In this document: positions 29,874 to 38,210 of the stretch, piece after piece | Numbering within the stretch: the stretch's first letter is position 1 | How the letters are laid out: the number at the start of each line of letters is the position of its first letter | Virus record (IMG/VR): IMGVR_UViG_3300030419_002087 | Coordinates: 54,935-118,934 of that record | Length of the DNA: 64,000 bases | Strand: one strand, 5' to 3' | Source of the DNA: a virus | The notes under the pieces: model-generated | The model's database searches: none | What the model was told of the DNA's origin: nothing | The model's input: only the letters and a program-made list of their open reading frames with translations | Position numbers and translations under genes: made by a program

Positions 29874-30500
29874 ATGCCTCAACAAATCCCAAATACAGGG
29901 GCTAATGCGAGAGTCCTTGATACATTCAAATCAAAGTTATTGGGCGGCGGTGTACGTCCCAATTTCTTTGAAGTGGAACTTAAGTTTCCAACTCTTGCCA
30001 TTGATGATAACGATATCAGTGACAAGACTCGCTTTTTAGTCAAAGGTGCAAATTTACCTGCATCAAACATCGCTCCAATTTCTGTTCCATTCAGAGGAAG
30101 GGAACTAAAGATTGCTGGAGAGAGAACCTTTGACACTTGGACAATTACAGCTATTAACGACACAAGTTTCTCTTTGCGTGATGCATTTGAGAAATGGATG
30201 AACTTAATAAACAAAGTTTCTGATAATGGTGGTGAAGTCGATCCGACAATCTATCAACAAGAAGCTTATGTTCATCAGTTGGGTAGAGCTCCTATCAGTA
30301 ACCCTGGCGCAGAGCCTGTGGCCACTGGTAATGTAATTCCAATTTTACGTTCATATCACATGCACGGCGTATTCCCAACTCAGGTTGCTCCCATAGAACT
30401 CAGTTACGATCAAAATAACGTAATCGAAGAGTTTGCTGTTGAATTCCAAGTTCAGTGGTGGGAAGCTCTCAATGAGGCAGGAACAGTTGTTGTAGGCTGA
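29874..30500 (+). CDS. gp19: Tail tube protein gp19
   Basis: GGGVRPNFFEV, FRGRELKIAGERTFDTW, IEEFAVEFQVQWW. Confidence 0.95.
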   Translation: MPQQIPNTGANARVLDTFKSKLLGGGVRPNFFEVELKFPTLAIDDNDISDKTRFLVKGANLPASNIAPISVPFRGRELKIAGERTFDTWTITAINDTSFSLRDAFEKWMNLINKVSDNGGEVDPTIYQQEAYVHQLGRAPISNPGAEPVATGNVIPILRSYHMHGVFPTQVAPIELSYDQNNVIEEFAVEFQVQWWEALNEAGTVVVG

Positions 30501-30529
30501 TAAATAAGACATAGGCAACGGTTTATAAC

Positions 30530-32176
30530 ATGGCTGGTAGATTATTTGGGTTTTCAATCCAAGGATCTGATGGCGATAATCTGCCCCCTTCAGCGGTTAC
30601 TCCTGTTCCGCAGAATGAGGCAGACGCATCGGATTATTATGTGAGTAGTGGCTTTTATGGCCAATACGTTGATATAGAAGGCGTATTCAGAAATGAATAT
30701 GACCTAATAAAACGATACAGAGAGATGTCGCTTCATCCAGAGTGTGATGAGGCGATTGAAGATATTGTTAATGAAGCCATAGTTTCTGATATAAACGATA
30801 GTCCTGTTCAAATTGACTTATCGAATTTGAACGTGAGTGATCAAATGAAAAAGATCATTCGTGAAGAGTTTAAGTTTGTTAAGGATCTTTTAGATTTTGA
30901 TGGTAAAGCTCATGAGTTATTCCGTAATTGGTATATTGATGGCCGTGTTTATTATCATAAAGTAATTGATCTTAAAAAGCCAGAAGAGGGATTACAAGAA
31001 CTAAGATTTATTGATGCATTAAAGATCAAATATGTTCGTAGACAAAAGAAAGAAGATAATAATCAAATTCCTATAAAAACTCAGGATCAGAATGTATTAA
31101 CTAAGAGTCCTGAGATTGAAGAGTATTTTGAATATAATCCTAACTCTGGTAAATCTGGTCAAGGTTATCTTCCAACTCCAGCAGGTACAAAACAGGGAGC
31201 TGTTAGGATTGCAAAAGATGCAATTACATATTGTACTTCAGGACTAGTAGATCGCAATAAACATACAACACTTTCTTGGTTGCATAAGGGTATTAAGGCA
31301 CTCAATCAACTTAGAATGATTGAAGATGCACTTGTAATTTATCGTTTATCTCGTGCTCCTGAAAGAAGAATATTCTATATTGATGTTGGTAATCTACCTA
31401 AAGTAAAGGCAGAACAATATCTTAGAGAAGTGATGAATCGTTATAGATCTAAATTGGTCTATGATGCAAACACTGGTGAAGTCAGAGATGATAAGAAATT
31501 CATGTCTATGTTGGAAGATTTTTGGCTTCCACGTAGAGAAGGTGGTAGGGGAACTGAGATTACTACATTACCTGGCGGACAAAACTTAGGTGAAATTACA
31601 GATATACAATACTTCCAGAAAAAACTTTATAAGGCCTTAGGTGTTCCTGAGACTCGTTTAAGTGGTGAAAGTGGATTTAACTTAGGAAGATCTTCAGAAA
31701 TCCTTAGAGATGAATTGAGATTTAATAAGTTTGTTGGTAGATTACGTAAGAGATTTTCAAACATGTTCTTAGACATGTTGAAGACACAATTACTTCTTAA
31801 GAATATAGTATCTGCCAAGGATTGGCCTAGTATAGCTGAACATATACAATTTGATTATATTTACGATAATCACTTTACAGAGTTAAAAGAGGCTGAGTTG
31901 TTCCAAAATAGAATGGGTAACTTAGCTCAGGCTGAACCATATGTGGGTAAATACTTCTCACAAGATTACTTACGTAGAGAAATACTTCGCCAGACTGATG
32001 ATGAAATTGTTGAACAGAATAAGATTATGGATAAAGAGATTGAGGCTGGATTATATCCAGATCCGGCCATCGCTCAAGCATTAGAAACTGCACAGGCGGC
32101 TGCGGATATAGAAAATACTGAGGCTAATACAGCTTCTACTCTAGATCCTGAAGCACCTGAAGGTGGCGAAATATAA
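30530..32176 (+). CDS. gp20: Portal protein gp20
   Basis: YRLSRAPERRIFYIDVGNLPK, EDFWLPRREGGRGTEITTLPGGQNLG. Confidence 0.97.
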   Translation: MAGRLFGFSIQGSDGDNLPPSAVTPVPQNEADASDYYVSSGFYGQYVDIEGVFRNEYDLIKRYREMSLHPECDEAIEDIVNEAIVSDINDSPVQIDLSNLNVSDQMKKIIREEFKFVKDLLDFDGKAHELFRNWYIDGRVYYHKVIDLKKPEEGLQELRFIDALKIKYVRRQKKEDNNQIPIKTQDQNVLTKSPEIEEYFEYNPNSGKSGQGYLPTPAGTKQGAVRIAKDAITYCTSGLVDRNKHTTLSWLHKGIKALNQLRMIEDALVIYRLSRAPERRIFYIDVGNLPKVKAEQYLREVMNRYRSKLVYDANTGEVRDDKKFMSMLEDFWLPRREGGRGTEITTLPGGQNLGEITDIQYFQKKLYKALGVPETRLSGESGFNLGRSSEILRDELRFNKFVGRLRKRFSNMFLDMLKTQLLLKNIVSAKDWPSIAEHIQFDYIYDNHFTELKEAELFQNRMGNLAQAEPYVGKYFSQDYLRREILRQTDDEIVEQNKIMDKEIEAGLYPDPAIAQALETAQAAADIENTEANTASTLDPEAPEGGEI

Positions 32177-32179
32177 ATA
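32172..32179 (+). promoter_or_regulatory. T4-type late promoter TATAAATA
   Basis: Exact consensus at the gp20 stop, upstream of the prohead core genes. Confidence 0.65.
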
Positions 32180-32203
32180 GATTGTAGTACATTTGTCAAC
32201 ATA

Positions 32204-32416
32204 ATGAATCCTGCTGAATTGATAGATAAAGTATTGGGTGATGCACCCGCTCATGAAATATCCGATGGTATCAAAGATATTTTGATGCAGAAATCGGTTG
32301 ATAGAATTGAAGCTGGTAAACCTGTTGTAGCCGACAGTATGTTTCAATCGCAATCTGAAAATGATGCTGAAAGTGAGGTAACTGAACAAGAACCTACTGA
32401 GGAACAAGATGGCTAG
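32204..32416 (+). CDS. Prohead core protein (gp67-like)
   Basis: Small acidic ORF between gp20 and gp21, at the T4 gp67 position. Confidence 0.6.
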   Translation: MNPAELIDKVLGDAPAHEISDGIKDILMQKSVDRIEAGKPVVADSMFQSQSENDAESEVTEQEPTEEQDG

Positions 32417-32687
32417 GATTATTTTAAAGGGAAGTGAATTACGAATTGCTGCTGGCGCTGCTGCTAGTACAAATGTAGGTAATGCTACACTGGTTAGGGT
32501 AATGAATCCTACTGCTACTGCTGCAGTTATCCATGTCCAAGACCCAGCTGCATTAAACGAGTATTCGGGTATCGGTACTTATACAATAGCAGGTAGTGCA
32601 GTTGACTTTGTTGAGAAACAACCCACTTATACTATTCATAGTGAGTCAGCTGTGTACGTAACTAAAGTTGGATTTAGCGGAATCTAA
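32409..32687 (+). CDS. Conserved small head-module protein
   Basis: ATLVRV.N...KVGF pattern; lies between gp20 and gp21. Confidence 0.65.
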   Translation: MARIILKGSELRIAAGAAASTNVGNATLVRVMNPTATAAVIHVQDPAALNEYSGIGTYTIAGSAVDFVEKQPTYTIHSESAVYVTKVGFSGI

Positions 32688-32688
32688 A

Positions 32689-33339
32689 ATGAAACTCATC
32701 AGAGAAGAAATTGAAAATGTAGAGGTTATCGTCGAAGAACGTGGCGGTAAGAAAAACCTTTATATTGAAGGTGTTTTCCTTCAAGGAGACATTAAAAACC
32801 GTAATGGTAGAATGTATCCAGCGATGACTCTTGCAAAAGAGGTTGCTAGATATAATGAAGCCTTTGTCGGTAAAGGTCGTGCCTTAGGTGAACTAGGTCA
32901 TCCAGATGGCCCTACTGTCAATCTTGACAGAGTTTCCCATAAGATTACTTCTTTGAGACAAGAGGGTTCTAATTTTGTTGGTCGTGCTAAAATCTTAAAT
33001 ACACCTATGGGTGCTATCGCTAAGAATCTCCTTGATGAAGGAGTTAAACTTGGTGTTTCTTCTCGTGGTGTTGGTTCAGTTCGTACAAATAATGAAGGTG
33101 TTAACATTGTAGGTGAAGACTTCATGTTAGCAACTGCGGCTGATATAGTTGCAGATCCTTCTGCACCTGATGCTTTCGTTGATGGCATCATGGAAGGAAA
33201 AGATTGGGTATGGGATGGTGGAGTTCTTAGAGAAAGAGCAGCTGCTAGAACTTATAAACAAATCAATACTCTTGCAAGTTCTCGTGAGCTTCAAGAGAAC
33301 AAACTAAAACTTTTCCAAAACTTTTTGGGAAGTTTATAA
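32689..33339 (+). CDS. gp21: Prohead protease gp21
   Basis: MKLIREEIE, NRNGRMYP, ALGELGHP, GVSSRG, DIVADPSAPDAFV. Confidence 0.96.
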   Translation: MKLIREEIENVEVIVEERGGKKNLYIEGVFLQGDIKNRNGRMYPAMTLAKEVARYNEAFVGKGRALGELGHPDGPTVNLDRVSHKITSLRQEGSNFVGRAKILNTPMGAIAKNLLDEGVKLGVSSRGVGSVRTNNEGVNIVGEDFMLATAADIVADPSAPDAFVDGIMEGKDWVWDGGVLRERAAARTYKQINTLASSRELQENKLKLFQNFLGSL

Positions 33340-33342
33340 ATC

Positions 33343-33350
33343 TATAAATA
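33343..33350 (+). promoter_or_regulatory. T4-type late promoter TATAAATA
   Basis: Exact consensus upstream of gp22. Confidence 0.7.
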
Positions 33351-33400
33351 AGTATAGATTAAATCTAAAAAAATCTATAGTCTAATTCGGAGTGGCAAAA

Positions 33401-34486
33401 ATGTCCCGTGGTAACGATTTACAAGAAATGGAAGTAGGCACTGTTCAATCCAAGACTGCCGTAAATGCTGGAGCTAAAGCTGGTGATCCTCAACAAGGAA
33501 TTTCACCAAGCTCCACTCCTGGCCAGTCCATTGAAGATCTCGGCGGGCCCACTCCAGATAACTATAAGCCCGACAATGATTCGGCTAAGTTAAAAGTACC
33601 TGGCAAAACACTCGCACAAGTTGCGAATGTTGTTAATAAGGGTGCAAAACCAGCAGAACCAATGCAACATCTCGACAAGAAAGCAAATTATGAGGAGACA
33701 GAAGCTGCTCCTGAAGAAGTAATTGCTGAAGAGCCAGTTGCAGAGGAGAAGGTCGAAGAGAAAGCTCCTGAGTTTAATGTCGATGAAGACATGAGTGCTC
33801 TGTTCTCTGGTGAAGAACTCAGTGAAGAGTTCCAAGAAAAAGCAAAGACAATCTTTGAAGCAGCAATTAACTCCAAAGTTTCATCTATTGAAGAAGAGAT
33901 GAAGAAGGAGAATGAGGCTAAGATTGCAGAAGAAATTGAGTCCGTTAAAACCTCTCTAATCGAGCGTGTTGATGGTTACTTGGAGTACGTCGCAGATGAG
34001 TGGCTCCAAGCTAACGAGCTCGCTATTGAGCATGGACTTAAATCAGAAATGACTGAATCATTCCTAACTGGAATGAGAAGTCTCTTTGAAGCACATTATG
34101 TATCAATCCCTGAAGATAAATATGATGTCGTTGAGAATATGGTCAACAAACTTGATGAAATGGAGACCAAACTTAACGAGCAGATCGAGAAGAATGTATC
34201 GCTAAACTCTAGACTCGCTGAGTCTACAGCAGATGGGATAATTTCTGAAGTGGCTGAAGGACTTGCCTTAAGTCAGAAAGAGAAGCTCCAAGAGCTCGCA
34301 AAGAGTGTTGAGTTTGAAAGTGAAGAATCATATCGTGAAAAACTGGGTACTCTAAAGGAGTCTTACTTCAATAAGAGTGTTCAGAAAGAAACCTCAGAAC
34401 AGGTACTAAACGAAGAAACAGCCGGAGCAGATTATACTGGTTCAATGGCTCGTTACATGAGTATCCTAGACAAGGTTAATAAGTGA
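33401..34486 (+). CDS. gp22: Prohead scaffold protein gp22
   Basis: EDLGGPTP.NY, LSEEFQEKAKTIFEAA, YLEYVADEW; acidic coiled coil. Confidence 0.93.
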   Translation: MSRGNDLQEMEVGTVQSKTAVNAGAKAGDPQQGISPSSTPGQSIEDLGGPTPDNYKPDNDSAKLKVPGKTLAQVANVVNKGAKPAEPMQHLDKKANYEETEAAPEEVIAEEPVAEEKVEEKAPEFNVDEDMSALFSGEELSEEFQEKAKTIFEAAINSKVSSIEEEMKKENEAKIAEEIESVKTSLIERVDGYLEYVADEWLQANELAIEHGLKSEMTESFLTGMRSLFEAHYVSIPEDKYDVVENMVNKLDEMETKLNEQIEKNVSLNSRLAESTADGIISEVAEGLALSQKEKLQELAKSVEFESEESYREKLGTLKESYFNKSVQKETSEQVLNEETAGADYTGSMARYMSILDKVNK

Positions 34487-34546
34487 ATTTAACATTATAG
34501 GTTAAACACAACCCTACTCTTTATATCTTTTTAAAAGGAAAAGGCA

Positions 34547-35935
34547 ATGTTCCAATCAGAACAGTTGCAAGAGAAGTGGGCCCCTCTACTAAATCATGAA
34601 GGTCTTGGTGAAATTAAAGACCCTCATCGTAGAGCAGTTACCGCTTGCTTGCTAGAAAACCAAGAAAGATTCTTAGCTGAAGAGTCTTCATTCTCCAGAG
34701 GGCAATCCCTCATGGAACAACCAACAAACGCAGTTGGTTCAAACGGATTTACAGGGGATGCTACAGCAGCAGGCCCAACAGCAGGTTTTGACCCCGTATT
34801 GATCAGTCTAATTAGACGTTCAATGCCTAACTTGCTTGCATATGATCTATGCGGCGTTCAGCCAATGAACGGCCCAACAGGTCTTATATTCGCAATGCGT
34901 TCTCGCTACGACGGACAGGCAGGAGGAGAAGCTCTATTCGATGAGCCTAACTCAGCCTTCTCTGCTGAGCGTGAAGGTAACGACGCAACAGCAGGTTGGA
35001 CATCAACCAACGCTGGTTTCGGTACAACTGGTCAAATCGGTTCTAATCCTTCCGTACTTGGTGCTACAGACGCTAACCAAGGTCTATACTCTGTTGGTCA
35101 GGGTATGCGTAAGGATGAGGCAGAAGGTCTTGGAGAATCTGGAAATGATTTCCACGAAATGGCCTTCAGCATCGAGAAAGTAACTGTTACAGCGAAATCT
35201 CGTGCGCTAAAAGCTGAGTATTCATTAGAACTTGCTCAAGACCTCAAGGCAATCCACGGATTGAACGCTGAGTCTGAGTTAGCAAATATTCTTTCTAGTG
35301 AGATCCTCGCTGAAATAAACAGAGAAGTTATCAGAACTATCTACAAAGTTGCTGAGTCAGGTGCTCAGAACAACGTAGCAACCGCTGGTACTTTCGACTT
35401 AGACGTTGACTCCAACGGTAGATGGTCTGTTGAGAAGTTCAAAGGACTTCTATTCCAGATCGAAAGAGATGCAAACGCAGTTGCACAAAGAACTCGTCGT
35501 GGAAAGGGCAACACAATCATCACTTCTGCTGATGTTGCTTCCGCACTAACCATGGCTGGTGTACTTGACTACACCCCAGCTCTTAATGCTAACCTAAACG
35601 TTGATGACACTGGCAACACATTTGCTGGAACAATCAATGGTAAGTATCGTGTATACATCGATCCTTATTCTGCAAACGTTGCTGCAAACCATTACTACGT
35701 AGTTGGTTACAAGGGTTCTAACCCATATGATGCAGGTTTATTCTACTGCCCATATGTACCGCTCCAGATGGTACGTGCCGTCAACGACGGAACCTTCCAG
35801 CCAAAAATCGGCTTTAAGACTCGTTACGGTATGGTTGCTAACCCATTCGCTGAGGGAACTACTCAGGGACTTGGCGCTCTTACTCAGAACGCAAACCGCT
35901 ACTACAGGCGCGTTAAGGTTACAAACCTAATGTAA
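34547..35935 (+). CDS. gp23: Major capsid protein gp23
   Basis: KWAPLL, GVQPMNGPTGLIFAMR, KSRALKAEYS, FQPKIGFKTRYG. Confidence 0.98.
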   Translation: MFQSEQLQEKWAPLLNHEGLGEIKDPHRRAVTACLLENQERFLAEESSFSRGQSLMEQPTNAVGSNGFTGDATAAGPTAGFDPVLISLIRRSMPNLLAYDLCGVQPMNGPTGLIFAMRSRYDGQAGGEALFDEPNSAFSAEREGNDATAGWTSTNAGFGTTGQIGSNPSVLGATDANQGLYSVGQGMRKDEAEGLGESGNDFHEMAFSIEKVTVTAKSRALKAEYSLELAQDLKAIHGLNAESELANILSSEILAEINREVIRTIYKVAESGAQNNVATAGTFDLDVDSNGRWSVEKFKGLLFQIERDANAVAQRTRRGKGNTIITSADVASALTMAGVLDYTPALNANLNVDDTGNTFAGTINGKYRVYIDPYSANVAANHYYVVGYKGSNPYDAGLFYCPYVPLQMVRAVNDGTFQPKIGFKTRYGMVANPFAEGTTQGLGALTQNANRYYRRVKVTNLM

Positions 35936-35964
35936 GAAAGAAGGTTATATCTTCTTACTATAAC

Positions 35965-35992
35965 AAGACCTCCTTCGGGGGGTCTTTTTTTT
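35965..35992 (+). terminator. Rho-independent terminator after gp23
   Basis: AAGACCTCC-TTCG-GGGGGTCTT hairpin followed by a T run. Confidence 0.9.
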
Positions 35993-35994
35993 GT

Positions 35995-36001
35995 CTAAAT
36001 A
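35995..36001 (+). promoter_or_regulatory. Late promoter variant CTAAATA driving the synthetase-like gene
   Basis: Immediately after the gp23 terminator and 20 nt before the ATG at 36022; the same variant precedes gp13. Confidence 0.55.
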
Positions 36002-36021
36002 GATTAGTTTGTCCAAAAATA

Positions 36022-36819
36022 ATGACTGCACTGATTGACCCAAAAAAGTATAGTGAGACCGTTGACCTATTGAGGTCATTTTTTTTGTCTAAAGGTTTCC
36101 TAGAGGTTCATACTCAAAACCGTTTAAGTATCCTTGCTGCATGTGAAGATCCAGAAACAGTAGCAACATACAACTACGCTGGCAATATATGGCCATTACC
36201 ACAGACAGGACAGATGTGGTTAGAATATGAATTACTTTCCAACCCCGAAGCAGAGGGGTTTTTCTGTGTCTCCACTTCATACAGAGCAGAACCAAATCCA
36301 GTTCCAGGCCGACATGAGATTATATTTCCCATGTTTGAGTTTGAAATGAAGGGAGGTGTAGAAGAACTTAAGAAGATGGAAATTGAATTATGTGAACATC
36401 TTGGATTACCATTAGATACTGAAAATATTCAGACCTATGATGATTGGGGTAATCAGTTCAATGCAAAAGAACTTGACCACGATCATGAAGATAAGATTGG
36501 TACTGGTATGATTACTGATTTCCCTGAGTTCACATCACCATTCTGGAATATGGCAAGGAATGATGATGGTACTAGTAAAAAGATTGATGTTATCCTTGGT
36601 GGTAAAGAAACAATCGGTAGTGCTGAAAGAAGTACAGACAAAAAACAGATGAGAGATACATTCTATACCATCTCGGATGGCCAGTATGCACAACTCATCA
36701 TTGATTTGTTTGGTAAGGAAAGAGTAGAAAAAGAACTAGAAGAGTTCTTAGAGTTTGATTTCTTCCCCAGAAGTGGTGGAGGTATTGGTATGCAACGTCT
36801 AATGTCAGCCCTTTCATAG
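36022..36819 (+). CDS. Class II aminoacyl-tRNA synthetase-like protein (Asp/Asn-type catalytic core, no anticodon-binding domain)
   Basis: Motif 1 LRSFFLSKGFLEVHT, LPQTGQMWLE, motif 2 SYRAEP...GRH..IFPMFEFE, ETIGSAER, motif 3 PRSGGGIGMQRL; only 265 aa, with no N-terminal OB fold. Confidence 0.85.
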   Translation: MTALIDPKKYSETVDLLRSFFLSKGFLEVHTQNRLSILAACEDPETVATYNYAGNIWPLPQTGQMWLEYELLSNPEAEGFFCVSTSYRAEPNPVPGRHEIIFPMFEFEMKGGVEELKKMEIELCEHLGLPLDTENIQTYDDWGNQFNAKELDHDHEDKIGTGMITDFPEFTSPFWNMARNDDGTSKKIDVILGGKETIGSAERSTDKKQMRDTFYTISDGQYAQLIIDLFGKERVEKELEEFLEFDFFPRSGGGIGMQRLMSALS

Positions 36820-36828
36820 GGCTTTCAA

Positions 36829-36913
36829 TGTGAGGTGGCGAAACGGTAAACGCTCTAGTCTGTTTAACTAGTGTTCCTGGCGGGACTTATAGGTTCGACT
36901 CCTATCCTCACAG
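36829..36913 (+). tRNA. Atypical tRNA, anticodon GTT (Asn), with long variable arm; CCA not encoded
   Basis: Acceptor TGTGAGG/CCTCACA+G73; D arm GCG-AAACGGTAAA-CGC; anticodon stem CTAGT/ACTAG with loop CTGTTTA; variable stem GTTCC-TGGC-GGGAC; T arm ATAGG-TTCGACT-CCTAT. Confidence 0.88.
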
Positions 36914-36961
36914 TTTTAAAACAATATTTATGGTATAATGTATTTGTCAGAGAAATACTGA

Positions 36962-37013
36962 CTGCGGTGATCCCCTTTGGTAGTTTCAGGATTAGCGGCG
37001 ATAGGAAACTACC
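36962..37013 (+). ncRNA. Putative structured RNA (H-type pseudoknot)
   Basis: CTGC+TGATCC pairs with GGATTA+GCGG, interleaved with the 9-bp GGTAGTTTC/GAAACTACC helix; GC-rich island in an AT-rich gap; TGGTATAAT at 36931-36939. Confidence 0.5.
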
Positions 37014-37045
37014 TACTAAATATAACAGGAGACCTGCTTTCTACC

Positions 37046-37213
37046 ATGCTCTGCAAAGTAAGAAAATCACTCAAAGAATATCGTGAGTGGCAATTGAAAA
37101 TGTACAATCGCTGGGAAGATACTCTGGAAGTAAGACTTGCAGGTATTAAGGCCGCGAGAGAAAAACTTGAAGAACAAATGAGTAGAGATACTACTACCGA
37201 AGATAATGGCTAA
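37046..37213 (+). CDS. Small hypothetical coiled-coil protein
   Basis: MLCKVRKSLKEYREWQLKMY...; AGGAG and CTAAATA upstream; the start at 36977 in the ORF track is unlikely. Confidence 0.65.
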   Translation: MLCKVRKSLKEYREWQLKMYNRWEDTLEVRLAGIKAAREKLEEQMSRDTTTEDNG

Positions 37214-37772
37214 CAACCCGCTTTTAAATCAAGTTGCTAATAGGAACTTTCTGTCTCCTATTGGTTTTAAGTTAAAGATACAGAAATGTCCAAAGGTAGA
37301 TTTTCTTTCAATTGGATGTAATTTACCTGGCGTTACTTTAGGAAGTGCTGTACAATCAACATACCTAAAGGATATTGATGTACCTGGCGATAAATTAATT
37401 TATGAAGATTTTCGTGTAAATTTTATAGTTGATGAGAACTTAGAAAATTATAATCAGATCTATAAATGGATAATGGGCCTTGGTTTTCCAGAGTCGCAAC
37501 AACAATTTGTAGAACTAAAAACGGATGATAAGTATTATCCAGATGTATCAGATAAAGATAATCCCCTTGCAATGTATTCGGATGCAACCCTTCAAATTTT
37601 GAATAGTAACTATAGACCTCAATCTTATGTTAAAATAAAGGATGCATTTCCAACTAGTCTAACTGGATTAGAATTCAATGCGACTGACACTACTGTAGAA
37701 TATTTCACAGCGTCAGTTATGTTCAAATATAGAATATTTGAATTATTAGACCAAGATATGAAACCTATGTAA
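37206..37772 (+). CDS. gp3: Tail tube terminator/completion protein gp3
   Basis: NRNFLSPIGF, PGDKL.YEDF.VNFIVDENLENY, SDATLQILNSN, FPTSL. Confidence 0.9.
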   Translation: MANNPLLNQVANRNFLSPIGFKLKIQKCPKVDFLSIGCNLPGVTLGSAVQSTYLKDIDVPGDKLIYEDFRVNFIVDENLENYNQIYKWIMGLGFPESQQQFVELKTDDKYYPDVSDKDNPLAMYSDATLQILNSNYRPQSYVKIKDAFPTSLTGLEFNATDTTVEYFTASVMFKYRIFELLDQDMKPM

Positions 37773-37775
37773 TTT

Positions 37776-38210
37776 ATGAACCTTGATACAATTCAGGATA
37801 TGTGGTCAAAAGACTCTGTTATTGATCCTGATGAACTACACAATGCTTCGCTTGCCATTCCAAATTTACACTCTAAATACTTTCAGTTGTATAACGATCT
37901 GAAACTTCTAAGGGCTAAGGCCAAGAAGATACAACAATCGGTATATCACGAAAGGCATTTATATTATTCAGGAAAGGCAGAACCAGATGTTTACGTCAAA
38001 GATCCTTTTCCCATAAAAGTGAGAGAGAAGGATGCGTTGCAAAGATATTTGGATGCTGATACGAGACTGACTGATGCCGTACTCAAAGTAGAGTATTATG
38101 ATGTGATGTTGAATTACCTTGAAGAAATAATCAAGACTATTCAAAACCGAACTTTTCAGATCAAAAACGCAATTGATTGGCAAAAGTTCATCCGTGGATA
38201 CGACAGTTAA
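37776..38210 (+). CDS. uvsY: Recombination mediator UvsY
   Basis: IPNLHSKY, YLDAD, RTFQIKNAIDW; lies between gp3 and uvsW. Confidence 0.9.
   Translation: MNLDTIQDMWSKDSVIDPDELHNASLAIPNLHSKYFQLYNDLKLLRAKAKKIQQSVYHERHLYYSGKAEPDVYVKDPFPIKVREKDALQRYLDADTRLTDAVLKVEYYDVMLNYLEEIIKTIQNRTFQIKNAIDWQKFIRGYDS

Noticed and set aside
36914-37013. Theta/HDV-like ribozyme at the tRNA 3' end
   Set aside because: The element starts about 50 nt after the discriminator and lacks the P3/L3 hairpin between the P2 and P1 strands; kept only as an unassigned pseudoknot.
36871-37086. 71-aa ORF and the 36977 start of the following ORF
   Set aside because: They overlap the tRNA and structured RNA; the downstream gene has a better ATG at 37046 with an RBS.
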